From an uncultured bacterium (lineage in GTDB: Bacteria > Zixibacteria > MSB-5A5 > UBA10806 > 4484-95): a stretch of DNA of 64,000 bases. The notes below the pieces were generated by a model. That model was not told the DNA's origin. It worked only from the letters and a program-made list of their open reading frames with translations, and did no database searches. The position numbers and the translations under genes were made by a program. Where the stretch lies: assembly GCA_965603725.1 (NCBI GenBank), contig CBFDEC010000004.1, positions 39,147 to 103,146 of the forward strand, written 5' to 3'. Below, piece after piece: positions 17,905 to 27,990 of the stretch. Positions within the stretch are counted from its first letter, which is position 1; every line of letters begins with the position of its first letter.

Positions 17905-18717
17905 ATGGCCGTTACGGCTGTAGATACATTTCTCTTAGATCCCAAAACCGACAGCATTGAGGATAAAGAGAAACAGGCCAGAATATTAAGGCTTAAGAAA
18001 GCCTGCCAGCAATTCGAGGCGTTGTTTATACAATACATGCTTAAAAGCATGAGGTCAGCCTCAGAAAAATCAGCGCTTCTGGGAGACGGATTGGGATCAG
18101 ATATATTCATGCAGATGTTTGACGAGGGACTGGCTGAAAAAATGTCCGAATCCAGCCCGTTCGGCATTGCAAATGCGATGTATAATAACTTTACCGATTC
18201 TGATTCGGCTGAAGAAATTGGCAGGATATCTTATGTTTCGAGCAAGACCATAAATATCAAACAAAATGTTATGCCCGGAACGGTAAGACGGCAAAACCCC
18301 GCTGAAGAAATTAATCTTGATAAATATAAAAACATAATCGACGAAGCCGCTGCTGCCAATAGTGTGAATCCCCATCTGGTAAAAGCTGTCATCATTCAGG
18401 AATCGGGCGGCAATCCGAATGCGGTGTCCTCGAAAGGGGCTAAGGGCTTGATGCAGCTAATGGATGGAACTGCTAAAATGCTTGGTGTTGCAGATCCCTT
18501 TAATATCCGGCAGAATATATTCGGAGGCGTTAAATATCTGTCCCGACTGTTAAAGAAGTTCAATGGCGATGTGAAAAAGGCTTTAGCCGCTTATAATGCA
18601 GGTCCGACTGCGGTAATTAAATATGACGGGATTCCTCCATATGAGGAAACGAAAAAATATGTTAACAGTATTATGAACACCCTGGAAGGGTTATTTAAAA
18701 TAGAAAAAATCCGATAA
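17905..18717 (+). CDS. flgJ: FlgJ-like rod-binding domain fused to a lytic transglycosylase (SLT) domain.
   Basis: N-terminal rod-binding motif (…CQQFEALFIQYMLKSMR…). C-terminal SLT catalytic motif (…VIIQESGGNPNAVSSKGAKGLMQLMDGTA…AYNAGP…). Confidence 0.7.
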   Translation: MAVTAVDTFLLDPKTDSIEDKEKQARILRLKKACQQFEALFIQYMLKSMRSASEKSALLGDGLGSDIFMQMFDEGLAEKMSESSPFGIANAMYNNFTDSDSAEEIGRISYVSSKTINIKQNVMPGTVRRQNPAEEINLDKYKNIIDEAAAANSVNPHLVKAVIIQESGGNPNAVSSKGAKGLMQLMDGTAKMLGVADPFNIRQNIFGGVKYLSRLLKKFNGDVKKALAAYNAGPTAVIKYDGIPPYEETKKYVNSIMNTLEGLFKIEKIR

Positions 18718-18737
18718 AAAATTAAGCGACATAGGTT

Positions 18738-19220
18738 ATGAAAAAATTGGCGGACATATTAAATCAGGAACTCGATACCTTTAACAGGTTTCTAACTTTA
18801 CTTGATGCTCAGCATAAACAGATAGTCAGCAGAGACCTGACTGACTTAAATAAGACTAACTCGGAAATCGATTTACTGAGCAACAAAACTCATATTCTTG
18901 AAAAAATGAGGATTGAAGAAGTCAGGAATATATCCAGGCAGTTAAAATTAAATCAGAATAACTTGAAGCTGGGCGACCTGCTGCCCCGTCTGGACAGTAT
19001 CACAAGCAACCGCTTACAGCAGTTGCGTCAGGCTATCCTTACCGCTCACAAGTATGTCGAGGAAAAAAGCAGGAGAAATAAACAGCTTATAGAAAAATCG
19101 CGTAAATTAATATTTGAATCGATGAAAATTATGAGCAGTCGACCGTCGCCTGTGTATAACAAACCCGGTCCAACCAGGGAAAATATTCATGAAGGCGGTC
19201 TTATTAACCGTTCCGTTTAA
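18738..19220 (+). CDS. flgN: FlgN-family export chaperone for hook-associated proteins
   Basis: 160-aa helical protein (…DTFNRFLTLLDAQHKQIV…) immediately upstream of flgK. Confidence 0.6.
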   Translation: MKKLADILNQELDTFNRFLTLLDAQHKQIVSRDLTDLNKTNSEIDLLSNKTHILEKMRIEEVRNISRQLKLNQNNLKLGDLLPRLDSITSNRLQQLRQAILTAHKYVEEKSRRNKQLIEKSRKLIFESMKIMSSRPSPVYNKPGPTRENIHEGGLINRSV

Positions 19221-19231
19221 GGGATAAGAAT

Positions 19232-20626
19232 ATGTATGGTGTAAATGTAGGATTTGAAATAGGCAAAAGGGCGCTGCTGGCTCAGCAGTATTCGCTAAAT
19301 CTCACCGGCCACAATATTGCCAATGTCAATACTCCGGGTTTCACCCGCCAGCGAACTATTGTTACTTCGACAGATCCGCTTACCTCTGCTCTGGGTAGTT
19401 TTGGTACGGGTGTAGAAGTTGTTACTGTCAGACGTATGCGAACGCTCTTTTTGGATGAACAATTTCGCCAGGAATCTCAGAGCCTCGGGCGTTGGCAGAC
19501 ATTATCGCAAAGTTGGGGACAGGTTGAAAGAATATACGCCGAGCCGTCTGATACGGGTTTTTCATCGTTGCTGGACAGCTTTTGGAATTCATGGCAGGAT
19601 TTATCTGTCAATCCTGACAGTTCGGCGGCGCGTACCGCAGTAAAGGAACAGGGCACCCTTTTAGCCAATGCCTTCCAGCATATGACCGGACAACTCAGCG
19701 AGTTCCAGCGGTCGCTCGATGAAGATATTCAGAAAAGTGTACAATTAGTAAATAATATCGCCTATCAAATAGCGGCCTTGAATGAATCTATTTCAACTGC
19801 GGAGCTATCCGGCCATCAAGCCAATGACCTTCGCGACCGCCGGGATTACTTAGTCGACCAATTATCAGAATACGCTAACGTGGCAACAATCGAACAGCCT
19901 TCGGGCAATTACAGAGTATTAATTGGTTCAATGGCCTTAGTTGACGGCGTCGACGTTGCTGAACTTGAGACCGTTGTACAAAATCAGGGAGCGACAATAA
20001 TCAGTGAGGTAAGGTTTGTAAATTCGTCGGCAAGACTGGATATATCAAACGGTAAGCTGGCAGGTCTGATTGAGACCAGGGACGAGGTGTTGGTTGAACG
20101 TATGGCCGAACTCGATGAACTTGCCCTGGCAATAGTTGAGAAAGTCAATGAAATGCATCGAGATGGTTATGGCCTGAATAATTTCACAGGAGTTAATTTT
20201 TTTGATGATAGAACTACTGGAGCGGCAGATATAAAGCTTGATGATCTTATTATTGAAGATGTCGGCTATATAGCCGCTTCTTGGAATGGAGAGCCGGGCG
20301 ATAACTCAAACGCATTGAGGATTGCCGGCTTACGCAATGATCTGACCATGAGAAACGGAAAAGCGACATTCGGTGATTACTATAATTCGATAATCGGAAT
20401 TGTCGGTATCCGAACAAGAGAAGCTGAGAATCTGGCCATAAACCAGGAATCACTGGTTTTCCATATTGAAAACAGCCGTCAGTCCGTAGAGGGCGTTTCC
20501 CTTGACGAAGAAATGACCAACATGATTAAGTATGAGCATGCTTATGCGGCCGCCGCCAGAGTGATCACTATGATGGATGAGGCTTTAAATACTGTCATAA
20601 ACGGCATGGGCATTGTTGGACGTTAA
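19232..20626 (+). CDS. flgK: Hook-associated protein 1, FlgK
   Basis: N-terminus …GFEIGKRALLAQQYSLNLTGHNIANVNTPGFTRQ…, and a C-terminal conserved helix. Confidence 0.85.
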   Translation: MYGVNVGFEIGKRALLAQQYSLNLTGHNIANVNTPGFTRQRTIVTSTDPLTSALGSFGTGVEVVTVRRMRTLFLDEQFRQESQSLGRWQTLSQSWGQVERIYAEPSDTGFSSLLDSFWNSWQDLSVNPDSSAARTAVKEQGTLLANAFQHMTGQLSEFQRSLDEDIQKSVQLVNNIAYQIAALNESISTAELSGHQANDLRDRRDYLVDQLSEYANVATIEQPSGNYRVLIGSMALVDGVDVAELETVVQNQGATIISEVRFVNSSARLDISNGKLAGLIETRDEVLVERMAELDELALAIVEKVNEMHRDGYGLNNFTGVNFFDDRTTGAADIKLDDLIIEDVGYIAASWNGEPGDNSNALRIAGLRNDLTMRNGKATFGDYYNSIIGIVGIRTREAENLAINQESLVFHIENSRQSVEGVSLDEEMTNMIKYEHAYAAAARVITMMDEALNTVINGMGIVGR

Positions 20627-20646
20627 GCATTAAACCGGAGTAAAAA

Positions 20647-20898
20647 GTGTTAATCCTGACAAGGAAGTTGGGCGAATCCATAACCATCGACAACGATATA
20701 AAGATTACAGTTCTCGGTATTTATGGAAAACAGGTAAAACTTGGCATATTGGCGCCCGATAGAGTGTCTGTTCACCGAGAAGAAATTTTCAAGAGAATCC
20801 AGGAAGAGAATAAATTTGCATCGCTGGCTTTAAAGGAAGATTTGTTCGAAGTGGCCAAGATTTTAAAATCCAAACGAATAAAGCAAAAGAAAAAATAA
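20647..20898 (+). CDS. csrA: Carbon storage regulator CsrA (GTG start)
   Basis: [12 protein letters not shown]…[21 protein letters not shown], which is canonical CsrA. It has a C-terminal extension, as in the FliW-partnered CsrA type. Confidence 0.85.
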   Translation: MLILTRKLGESITIDNDIKITVLGIYGKQVKLGILAPDRVSVHREEIFKRIQEENKFASLALKEDLFEVAKILKSKRIKQKKK

Positions 20899-20906
20899 CC
20901 GATAAT
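20879..20906 (+). promoter_or_regulatory. Candidate sigma-28 promoter (TAAAG-N15-CCGATAAT) within the 3' end of csrA, upstream of flgL.
   Basis: The -35 TAAA (20879-20882) and the -10 aCCGATAA (from 20898) have spacing 15, matching TAAA-N15-GCCGATAA. Confidence 0.4.
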
Positions 20907-21020
20907 CTAACAAAGGTGAAATGGCGGCAAAAATGGAGGGAAAGCAACTTAATTGTTTGCTTATATCAATGTGTGCCGGGGCGGTAATATCCAAAATTTA
21001 ATATCGACTGGAGTTTAAGA

Positions 21021-22961
21021 ATGCGTGTGTCCAATAAAATGATAGCCGACAGGGTATTGTATAATCTTACCCAATCCACCAACAGGTTTTTGCGGCTGCA
21101 GACTCAGGCTTCATCCGGAAGAAGAATAAACAAGCCCTCTGATGACCCGCTCGGTATTACCAGTGATTTATACTACCGTTCAAGGCTTTCTGATATTTCA
21201 CAGTTTAAATCGAATTTGTCGCATTGCCAATCATGGCTGTCCTTTTCCGATCAGGCGTTAAACAATATTAATGGCTTAATCATCGAGGCAAAAGATGTCG
21301 CTATTGAGTTAGGCAACGACACCTATGATGAAAACGCCCGTTTAGCGGGGGCTGCTCAAATAGGAGAGATTTTCAATCAATTAATGGATGCGGCAAATTC
21401 TCAATATCAAAACAAGTATATCTTTAGCGGTTCTAAAACCGGTATGCCGGCGATTTTTGCCAACTCAATCGGAGCTATATATCAGGGTGATTATCAGGAC
21501 ATGCTGTTAGAAATCGAAAGGGGCAGCTATCTAAAAATCAATTCATTCGGGAACGAGTTTTTGACCGCCCCTGTAGCTGTATTAGGGGAAGGCTTTGATT
21601 TAAACCCGGGCATTCAGCCAAATATGTGGCTAACAGACCTCAACGCCGGTCAGGGCGTTAATATGGGCGCCGGTCAGTTTATTGTTAATACGTTAAACGG
21701 CACCTATACAATCGATCCTGGCGCGGCAAATGTTAAAAATATCCAGCAGCTGCTTGATACAGTCAATGCCGCGGCAATTCCCAATTTTATCGCCTCTATT
21801 CACGGCGCTGGTTCGGGAATACAGTTTGAGGATACCACTGCTCATCATTTGGTGGCGGTTGATGCGGTCAACAGCACGCCGCTGTCGATGTTGAACAATG
21901 GGTCCGGCGTTTCCCAGGCGCCGGGAACGTTCGTTATCCGTAATTATGATAGTTCAATAGTAGCCAATATTGATATTTCGGCTGATACAAATGTCTTTGA
22001 GGTTCTGACTACCATCAACGCAGAACTGGATGCGCAGTTCGGCGTGGGCGTGGTTTCAGTCAGTATTGATCCCGAGGAAAACAGGCTGGTAGTTACCGAT
22101 ACGGTCGCCGGCCGCGATTTGTATATCGAGGAATCGGGGACAGGACAAACCACCGCCGCCGAACTTGGCATAGCCGGCGTTTTTCAGGGAACGCTTGTGG
22201 GTGAAGATCTGGAACCGCTGCATATACAGGTTCAGGAGTCGGCCTTTGGCGAAACACTGGCGGCCGACCTTGGTATTCTGCACGGCGTCGAATATGAAAC
22301 CCTGATTAGCGATGATCTTAATCCCCGGCTTACTTATTATTCAAAGATATCATCGCTAAACAGCAATGCCGGAATTGAGCTTGGCGTAATTAGAATAAGC
22401 AATGGCCTTGATTGCGTCGATATTGACCTTAGTCCCCTGGCAAGTAACCCGAGCTCTACTATCCTGGACCTGATAGAAATGATAAATCTAGCCGGCATTG
22501 ATGCCTCAGCATATTTGAACTCTGATTCTACCGGCATTATAGTTAAATCGAAACATGATGATCGTACATTTATGATAACCGAAGCCGATAATGGCAGAAC
22601 TGCATCCGCCCTGGGTATTTTTGGCTCCACCGACCTTATTGGAAATATGATGATTCTTAAAAAGGCGCTGGAAAGAAATAATGTGGAAGAAATCGGGGCT
22701 ACGCTTAATGTGTATAATAAGGCTTTAGATCAACTCCTGACCTCGCGTTCCAGCATAGGGTCGCGAGCAATAAGGGCTGAAACTGCCGAAATAAGTATGA
22801 TGACCCAGGAGTTGCTGGTTACCGGTCAGCTATCAGAGATTGAGGATGCTGATATGATTCGGGTTATTTCCGACCTGGCAATGGCTGAAATTGTTTATCA
22901 ATCGGCTTTAGCCTCTGCCGCCAGGATGATTCAACCATCGCTTTTAGATTTCTTGCGATAG
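21021..22961 (+). CDS. flgL: Hook-associated protein 3, FlgL. It is enlarged, 646 aa.
   Basis: Flagellin-like N-terminus (…RLQTQASSGRRINKPSDDPLG…) and a C-terminal helix. It has a long central insertion. Confidence 0.75.
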   Translation: MRVSNKMIADRVLYNLTQSTNRFLRLQTQASSGRRINKPSDDPLGITSDLYYRSRLSDISQFKSNLSHCQSWLSFSDQALNNINGLIIEAKDVAIELGNDTYDENARLAGAAQIGEIFNQLMDAANSQYQNKYIFSGSKTGMPAIFANSIGAIYQGDYQDMLLEIERGSYLKINSFGNEFLTAPVAVLGEGFDLNPGIQPNMWLTDLNAGQGVNMGAGQFIVNTLNGTYTIDPGAANVKNIQQLLDTVNAAAIPNFIASIHGAGSGIQFEDTTAHHLVAVDAVNSTPLSMLNNGSGVSQAPGTFVIRNYDSSIVANIDISADTNVFEVLTTINAELDAQFGVGVVSVSIDPEENRLVVTDTVAGRDLYIEESGTGQTTAAELGIAGVFQGTLVGEDLEPLHIQVQESAFGETLAADLGILHGVEYETLISDDLNPRLTYYSKISSLNSNAGIELGVIRISNGLDCVDIDLSPLASNPSSTILDLIEMINLAGIDASAYLNSDSTGIIVKSKHDDRTFMITEADNGRTASALGIFGSTDLIGNMMILKKALERNNVEEIGATLNVYNKALDQLLTSRSSIGSRAIRAETAEISMMTQELLVTGQLSEIEDADMIRVISDLAMAEIVYQSALASAARMIQPSLLDFLR

Positions 22962-22970
22962 GAGGAACTG

Positions 22971-23417
22971 TTGCCTGCTGTTAATACAACGAAATTTGGT
23001 GAAGTTAAATATAAAAAGAGCGATGTAATTACTTTTATCAGGCCGATACTTGGTTTTAATGATTTAACCCGATACTTTATCATATCCAGATCTGAATCTG
23101 AACCGTTTAAATGGCTTCAATCGATTGACGATCCGTCAATCTGCTTCGTTATTGTTGATCCGACGATGGTTTACTCAGAATATCTTGTGGAAATAAGCCC
23201 TTACGATATTAAACAACTCGGCGGAACAGAGGACCTGAAAGATTACCAAATATATGGAATCGTAACTGTCCCTAAAGGTCGACCAGATCAAATGTCAATA
23301 AATTTGCAGGGACCAGTCATAATTAATGTCAAAAACCTAAAAGCTCTTCAGTTGATTCTTAATAATCCTGACTATGACATTCGCTATAGCCTATTTAAAA
23401 GCAAACAGACGGCCTAA
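22971..23417 (+). CDS. fliW: Flagellar assembly factor FliW (CsrA antagonist), TTG start.
   Basis: …TKFGEVKYKKSDVITFIRPILGFNDLTRYFII…WLQSIDDPSICFVIVDP… matches the FliW family. GGAGG RBS. Confidence 0.8.
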   Translation: MPAVNTTKFGEVKYKKSDVITFIRPILGFNDLTRYFIISRSESEPFKWLQSIDDPSICFVIVDPTMVYSEYLVEISPYDIKQLGGTEDLKDYQIYGIVTVPKGRPDQMSINLQGPVIINVKNLKALQLILNNPDYDIRYSLFKSKQTA

Positions 23418-23444
23418 CAATAAATATCTTTAAATTATCATGTC

Positions 23445-24185
23445 ATGAGGATAGACAGTCCACAAGTTGATGATTCCCTTATAAGCTACAAAGGGCATGG
23501 AATGGTTGAGACCGCCTCAAAGACCAATTCTATTGCTCATGTGGCGGCTCACGAAAACCGGCATATCGCTCAATTTAGAAATTATGCCAGATATCACAAT
23601 AAAGAGATTGTCCGGGAAGATATTTCCATCCGGTATGAATTCATTGAGGGTAATATCGTGGCGGTCGCCGGTCAGGCTACTACTGTAATGCATGACAAGC
23701 CCGAGGAAAATTCCATAAAGCAGGTAAAAATTCCAGAAGGAACATTTGTTGATTTGAAAGCCGTGACAATTGATGAAAATTTTAAGAAAGAAAAAGAGCT
23801 TGATATCCTGTTGACCAGAATTGAAACGGCTTTGAACCGGATCGAAGCCAGACTTGAGAAAACTGATGATGAAAGCATACAGCAAATAAATCCGCAGGCC
23901 GACACGGCAACGCAACTCCGCAATAAAAAATTAAAACTGGAAGAACAGAAAAAAGAGATTGAGAAAATGCGCAGTATGATAAGCGCCGATAAATTAAAAG
24001 AGCTGACCGAAGAATTACTCGGTGGGGCTGTGGCGCTTATCGAACAATCGGCTAAATTGTTAAATGCAATATTTGGACTTAAAACCGGTAATCAATCCGA
24101 AGATATACCCGATAAATATAATGAAGTATCTTTTTCAGATTTTTCGTTGATGTACACCGGGATTTTGTTTGATACAACGATTTAA
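23445..24185 (+). CDS. Hypothetical protein with a C-terminal coiled coil
   Basis: Open frame. The N-terminal HVAAHENRHIAQ segment is not assignable to a family. Confidence 0.4.
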   Translation: MRIDSPQVDDSLISYKGHGMVETASKTNSIAHVAAHENRHIAQFRNYARYHNKEIVREDISIRYEFIEGNIVAVAGQATTVMHDKPEENSIKQVKIPEGTFVDLKAVTIDENFKKEKELDILLTRIETALNRIEARLEKTDDESIQQINPQADTATQLRNKKLKLEEQKKEIEKMRSMISADKLKELTEELLGGAVALIEQSAKLLNAIFGLKTGNQSEDIPDKYNEVSFSDFSLMYTGILFDTTI

Positions 24186-24206
24186 ATTGCCAGACGAGGT
24201 TTTATA

Positions 24207-25916
24207 ATGAGCAGTGAATTATTGCAGCGCCAGGAGTATTCTGTTAATGATGATGCATCTGATTTCATTGAGAGAGGAAGCTTTGATGAAGCTATTACAA
24301 AGCTTTTAAAGCATCTCAGGGAAAATCCCGAAGATATCCGGGCGATGCATCTGCTGGGAACAGCATACGCCAAAAAGGGCGATTTCATTAATGCCGAAAA
24401 GACTTATAAAAATGAATTGAAACTGGATCAATCCCGGATTGACGCTCATTTCAATTTGGGTTTAATTCATAGCCAGCAAAACCGTCTCCCGGAAGCCAGA
24501 GACGATTTCGAAAATGTGACAAGGTTAAATCCTGATGATACACATGCGCTAAACGACCTGGGAGTAATCAGCTACACGCTCGGTGATATCGAAAAAAGCC
24601 AGGAGTATTTCTCGAAAGCGCTGTCGGTCGATCCATGTTTTAAAGATGCATTTTTGAACCTCTTCGAACTTTCGTGGAACAACGAAAAATACAGCCTGGC
24701 TCTGGAATACGCTTATAATTTCCTGAAGAAGCTGTTGCCTGAAGGAAATGGTCAAACGACTCAGGAAACAACTGAAAGCCGGCGACTGGAAACATCGTCG
24801 GCCCCGCGAAAATCAATCAAGCTTCATAAGAGCGCTCCGGAAAATATCCCGGCCCGGCCTGCCATATCATTGCTTAATTCGAGAGCGATATCAAGGTCTG
24901 AAAAACTGGAGCTTTTTAATAAGCGTGTTCCGGAGGAGTTAAGAGATAAAAAGACAGGAATGAACATTGCGCTTGTTGGCGATTTCAATATCGCCGGACA
25001 GTTTTCTCAGCTAATCAAGCTGATTAATGAAAGGACAATCCATAGAGCCAGGTGCATTATTCTTCATGATGATCACCGTCAGTATGGCAGAGATATTGTC
25101 CTTTTAGATGATAACCATGATAAAAAAGAGACTGCTCAAAAAATCATTGAAAACGCAGACTTCTTTCATATTGGCAGATTCCCCACAGAAGTTGAGGGTT
25201 TTAAAATTCTTGAATTCTTAAGACCTGATAATTCAATAATCCAGTATTTTGACAGTGAACTTCAAAATAATGCAAAGTCAATTTATGCCTGGCATAATGA
25301 GAAAAAAATCGCCGGCCTTTCTACCGGGGATTATACAATGCTTGAGAATTCACCGTTCTTTTATCATGTCGATTTGATGTTTGATCCATCGGATATTAAA
25401 CCGGCGCCCAAACCTGAAGGAACGATAAAAATTGCACATATAATATCAGACCATAACTCGCAAGCGACTCAACTGTTTTTAGCTGTTATCGAGCAATTAC
25501 AGAAAAATCACGATGTTGAACCGATTATTATTGAAGGCAAAAGCAATCAGGAATGCCTTGAGCTTAAGAGCCAGGCGCATATGACTTTTGAGAGCCTTTC
25601 AGCCGGCATGTATGGGATTTCCGCAATCGAATCGATGGCCGCCGGTCATGTCGTTTTTAGTGGGATTTCGAATTTTGCCGCCAGTATATATCCTGATAAT
25701 CCAATTGTAGGAGTTACCGAAAATGACCTCGCCAATAGAATCAAACATTTCCTCGTAAACAGGATAGAGATAACAAAGCGAGGGCAGGAAGGAATTGCTT
25801 GGGTAAAATGTCATCACAATCCCCGGAAAATTCTGCAGCAGCGCCTTTGTCTTTATGATTTTGTAAAAAACGGACAACGAGTTTTAAGTAATCCCGATGA
25901 ACAATTGATAGGGTAA
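24207..25916 (+). CDS. TPR-repeat protein fused to a GT-B-fold (GT4-like) glycosyltransferase domain. A candidate flagellin glycosyltransferase.
   Basis: N-terminal TPR repeats (…AHFNLGLIHSQQNRLPEARDDFENV…). C-terminal …GMYGISAIESMAAGHVVFSG… is an EX7E-like GT-B motif. Confidence 0.55.
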   Translation: MSSELLQRQEYSVNDDASDFIERGSFDEAITKLLKHLRENPEDIRAMHLLGTAYAKKGDFINAEKTYKNELKLDQSRIDAHFNLGLIHSQQNRLPEARDDFENVTRLNPDDTHALNDLGVISYTLGDIEKSQEYFSKALSVDPCFKDAFLNLFELSWNNEKYSLALEYAYNFLKKLLPEGNGQTTQETTESRRLETSSAPRKSIKLHKSAPENIPARPAISLLNSRAISRSEKLELFNKRVPEELRDKKTGMNIALVGDFNIAGQFSQLIKLINERTIHRARCIILHDDHRQYGRDIVLLDDNHDKKETAQKIIENADFFHIGRFPTEVEGFKILEFLRPDNSIIQYFDSELQNNAKSIYAWHNEKKIAGLSTGDYTMLENSPFFYHVDLMFDPSDIKPAPKPEGTIKIAHIISDHNSQATQLFLAVIEQLQKNHDVEPIIIEGKSNQECLELKSQAHMTFESLSAGMYGISAIESMAAGHVVFSGISNFAASIYPDNPIVGVTENDLANRIKHFLVNRIEITKRGQEGIAWVKCHHNPRKILQQRLCLYDFVKNGQRVLSNPDEQLIG

Positions 25917-25922
25917 ATATTT

Positions 25923-26915
25923 ATGATTGAAGGGAAAAAGATATTTATTACGGGTGGAGCGGGCTTTATCGGCAGCGCCCTGGTTGGCAGATTAGTAGAT
26001 AAAAATAATATTGTAGTCTACGACAACCTTGCTCGCGACAGTTTGAAAGATAAAATATACAGAGATCACCAAAACCTTAAGCTTATTCAAGGCGATATCC
26101 TCGATTATGATAAGCTGGCTCGAAGCATGAAGGGAGCCGATTACATTATTCACCTGGCCGCTATTGCCGGTATCGATTCAGTTATCAAAAGCCCGATCAA
26201 TACAATGAAAGTCAATCTCCTTGGCTCGGTTAATGTGCTCGAAGCCGCGGCCAAGCAAAACAGTCTCGAACGGTTCATAGATTTTTCGACCTCGGAGGTG
26301 TTTGGCTCATATGCTTTTCGCTCTGAGGAGAACGACAGCACCGCCTTGGGCGCTGTCGGGAACGCCCGCTGGACTTATGCGGTAAGCAAATTAGCCGCCG
26401 AACACCTGGCATATAGTTATTATGTTGAAAAACAGTTGCCGACCGTTTCGATCAGGCCATTTAATATCTATGGTCCCGGACAAACCGGTGAAGGCGCAAT
26501 TCATGGTTTCATCATTAACGCTCTGCAAAACCGCGATCTTACCGTTCATGGCGATGGCGACCAGATAAGATCGTGGTGCTATATCGACGATTTAGTCAAC
26601 GGGATTCTTCTTAGCATGACTAAACCGGGGGCTATTGGCCATTGCTTCAACATAGGTAATCCCAGGGGTACGATTACGGTTCATGGGCTTGTTCTGGCTA
26701 TAGTCAGGGTAACCTATTCGAAATCGAAGATTATTTATATTCCCAAAGATTATGCCGATGTTGAATTGCGGATTCCAAGTATCGATAAAGCAAAAAAGAT
26801 TTTAAGCTATGAACCTAAGATCGGTCTTGAGGAAGGGTTAAGGAGAACGGCAACCTGGTATTATGGAAAACTCTCCAATGCTAAAATTGATCAAGCCGAA
26901 TATATCTCAAGATGA
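25923..26915 (+). CDS. NAD-dependent sugar epimerase/dehydratase (extended SDR)
   Basis: Rossmann motif ITGGAGFIGS, and YxxxK (YAVSK). Confidence 0.75.
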   Translation: MIEGKKIFITGGAGFIGSALVGRLVDKNNIVVYDNLARDSLKDKIYRDHQNLKLIQGDILDYDKLARSMKGADYIIHLAAIAGIDSVIKSPINTMKVNLLGSVNVLEAAAKQNSLERFIDFSTSEVFGSYAFRSEENDSTALGAVGNARWTYAVSKLAAEHLAYSYYVEKQLPTVSIRPFNIYGPGQTGEGAIHGFIINALQNRDLTVHGDGDQIRSWCYIDDLVNGILLSMTKPGAIGHCFNIGNPRGTITVHGLVLAIVRVTYSKSKIIYIPKDYADVELRIPSIDKAKKILSYEPKIGLEEGLRRTATWYYGKLSNAKIDQAEYISR

Positions 26916-27987
26916 GATAGACGCTGTTTCAAAAGTGCTGGCCTCCGGTATGGTGGTATCCGGACCGGTGGTTTACAGGTTTGAACAGCTTCTGGCAAAC
27001 TATCTGGGCATACAGTATGCAGTGTGCGTATCATCGGGAACCGCCGCTTTGCATCTGGCTTTGCTGGCCGCTGATATAAAGCCATCAGATGAAGTCTTGG
27101 TACCGGCGTTTACCTTTCCAGCCACTGCGAATGTTGTTGAGATTGTAGGCGCTATTCCAGTTTTTATCGATTGTCAGCCGGGGGGAGTCAATTTAGATGT
27201 CGATAAATTAGTCGACTGCATCAGTTCAAAAACTAAAGCTGTAATACCTGTCCATGCTTTCGGCATACCGGCTGAGCTTAACCAGATATTGGACGTCGCC
27301 CGAAAATATGACCTGGCGGTAATTGAAGACGCCGCCTGTGCCTTAGGGTCAAAATATAAGGGTATCTACTGCGGCGCTTTTGGTGATTTAGCCGCTTTTA
27401 GCTTTCATCCCCGAAAACTTTTAACTACCGGCGAAGGCGGCGCAGTTCTAACTAATGATAGAACATCGGCGGCGACGATAAAAAGTCTACGAAACCATGG
27501 TTACGATAATGGCGACTACAGACAGTTGGGATTCAATTACAGGATGACCGATTTCCAGGCCGCTATGGGCGTTACTCAGATGGGAAACTTTGAGGCAGTT
27601 TTAAATGAAAGACGAAAATTAGCCTGTACTTATCAGACGATGCTGTCAGAAATTGAGTGGCTGGAAGTTATCGAGACTGATCAGTCTACAGAATCAAACG
27701 TTCAGACATTTGTGGTTAAAGTCAATGATGAAATCGATAGAGATTCACTTGTGAATCACCTTCTGTTAAACGGCATCGAGTCGACAATAGGCGCTTACTG
27801 TGTCCCGCTCACTTATTACTACCGTCTCAAATATGGATTCCGCCCCGATGAATTTCCTCAGGCTTACGCCGCTTATAAAAGATGTCTGAGTCTGCCGTTA
27901 TACAGCGGCATGAAAGTTGACGATATGGCCAGAGTAGTCGAGGCTTTAAGTTCATATGAGGAAAACTTCAAAACAGAATCGGTGTAA
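26863..27987 (+). CDS. DegT/DnrJ/EryC1/StrS-family PLP aminotransferase (sugar aminotransferase). The likely start is the ATG at 26878, overlapping the upstream gene.
   Basis: …DEIDAVSKVLASGMVVSGPVV…, 374 aa, typical family size and motifs. Confidence 0.7.
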   Translation: MENSPMLKLIKPNISQDEIDAVSKVLASGMVVSGPVVYRFEQLLANYLGIQYAVCVSSGTAALHLALLAADIKPSDEVLVPAFTFPATANVVEIVGAIPVFIDCQPGGVNLDVDKLVDCISSKTKAVIPVHAFGIPAELNQILDVARKYDLAVIEDAACALGSKYKGIYCGAFGDLAAFSFHPRKLLTTGEGGAVLTNDRTSAATIKSLRNHGYDNGDYRQLGFNYRMTDFQAAMGVTQMGNFEAVLNERRKLACTYQTMLSEIEWLEVIETDQSTESNVQTFVVKVNDEIDRDSLVNHLLLNGIESTIGAYCVPLTYYYRLKYGFRPDEFPQAYAAYKRCLSLPLYSGMKVDDMARVVEALSSYEENFKTESV

Positions 27988-27990
27988 CTA

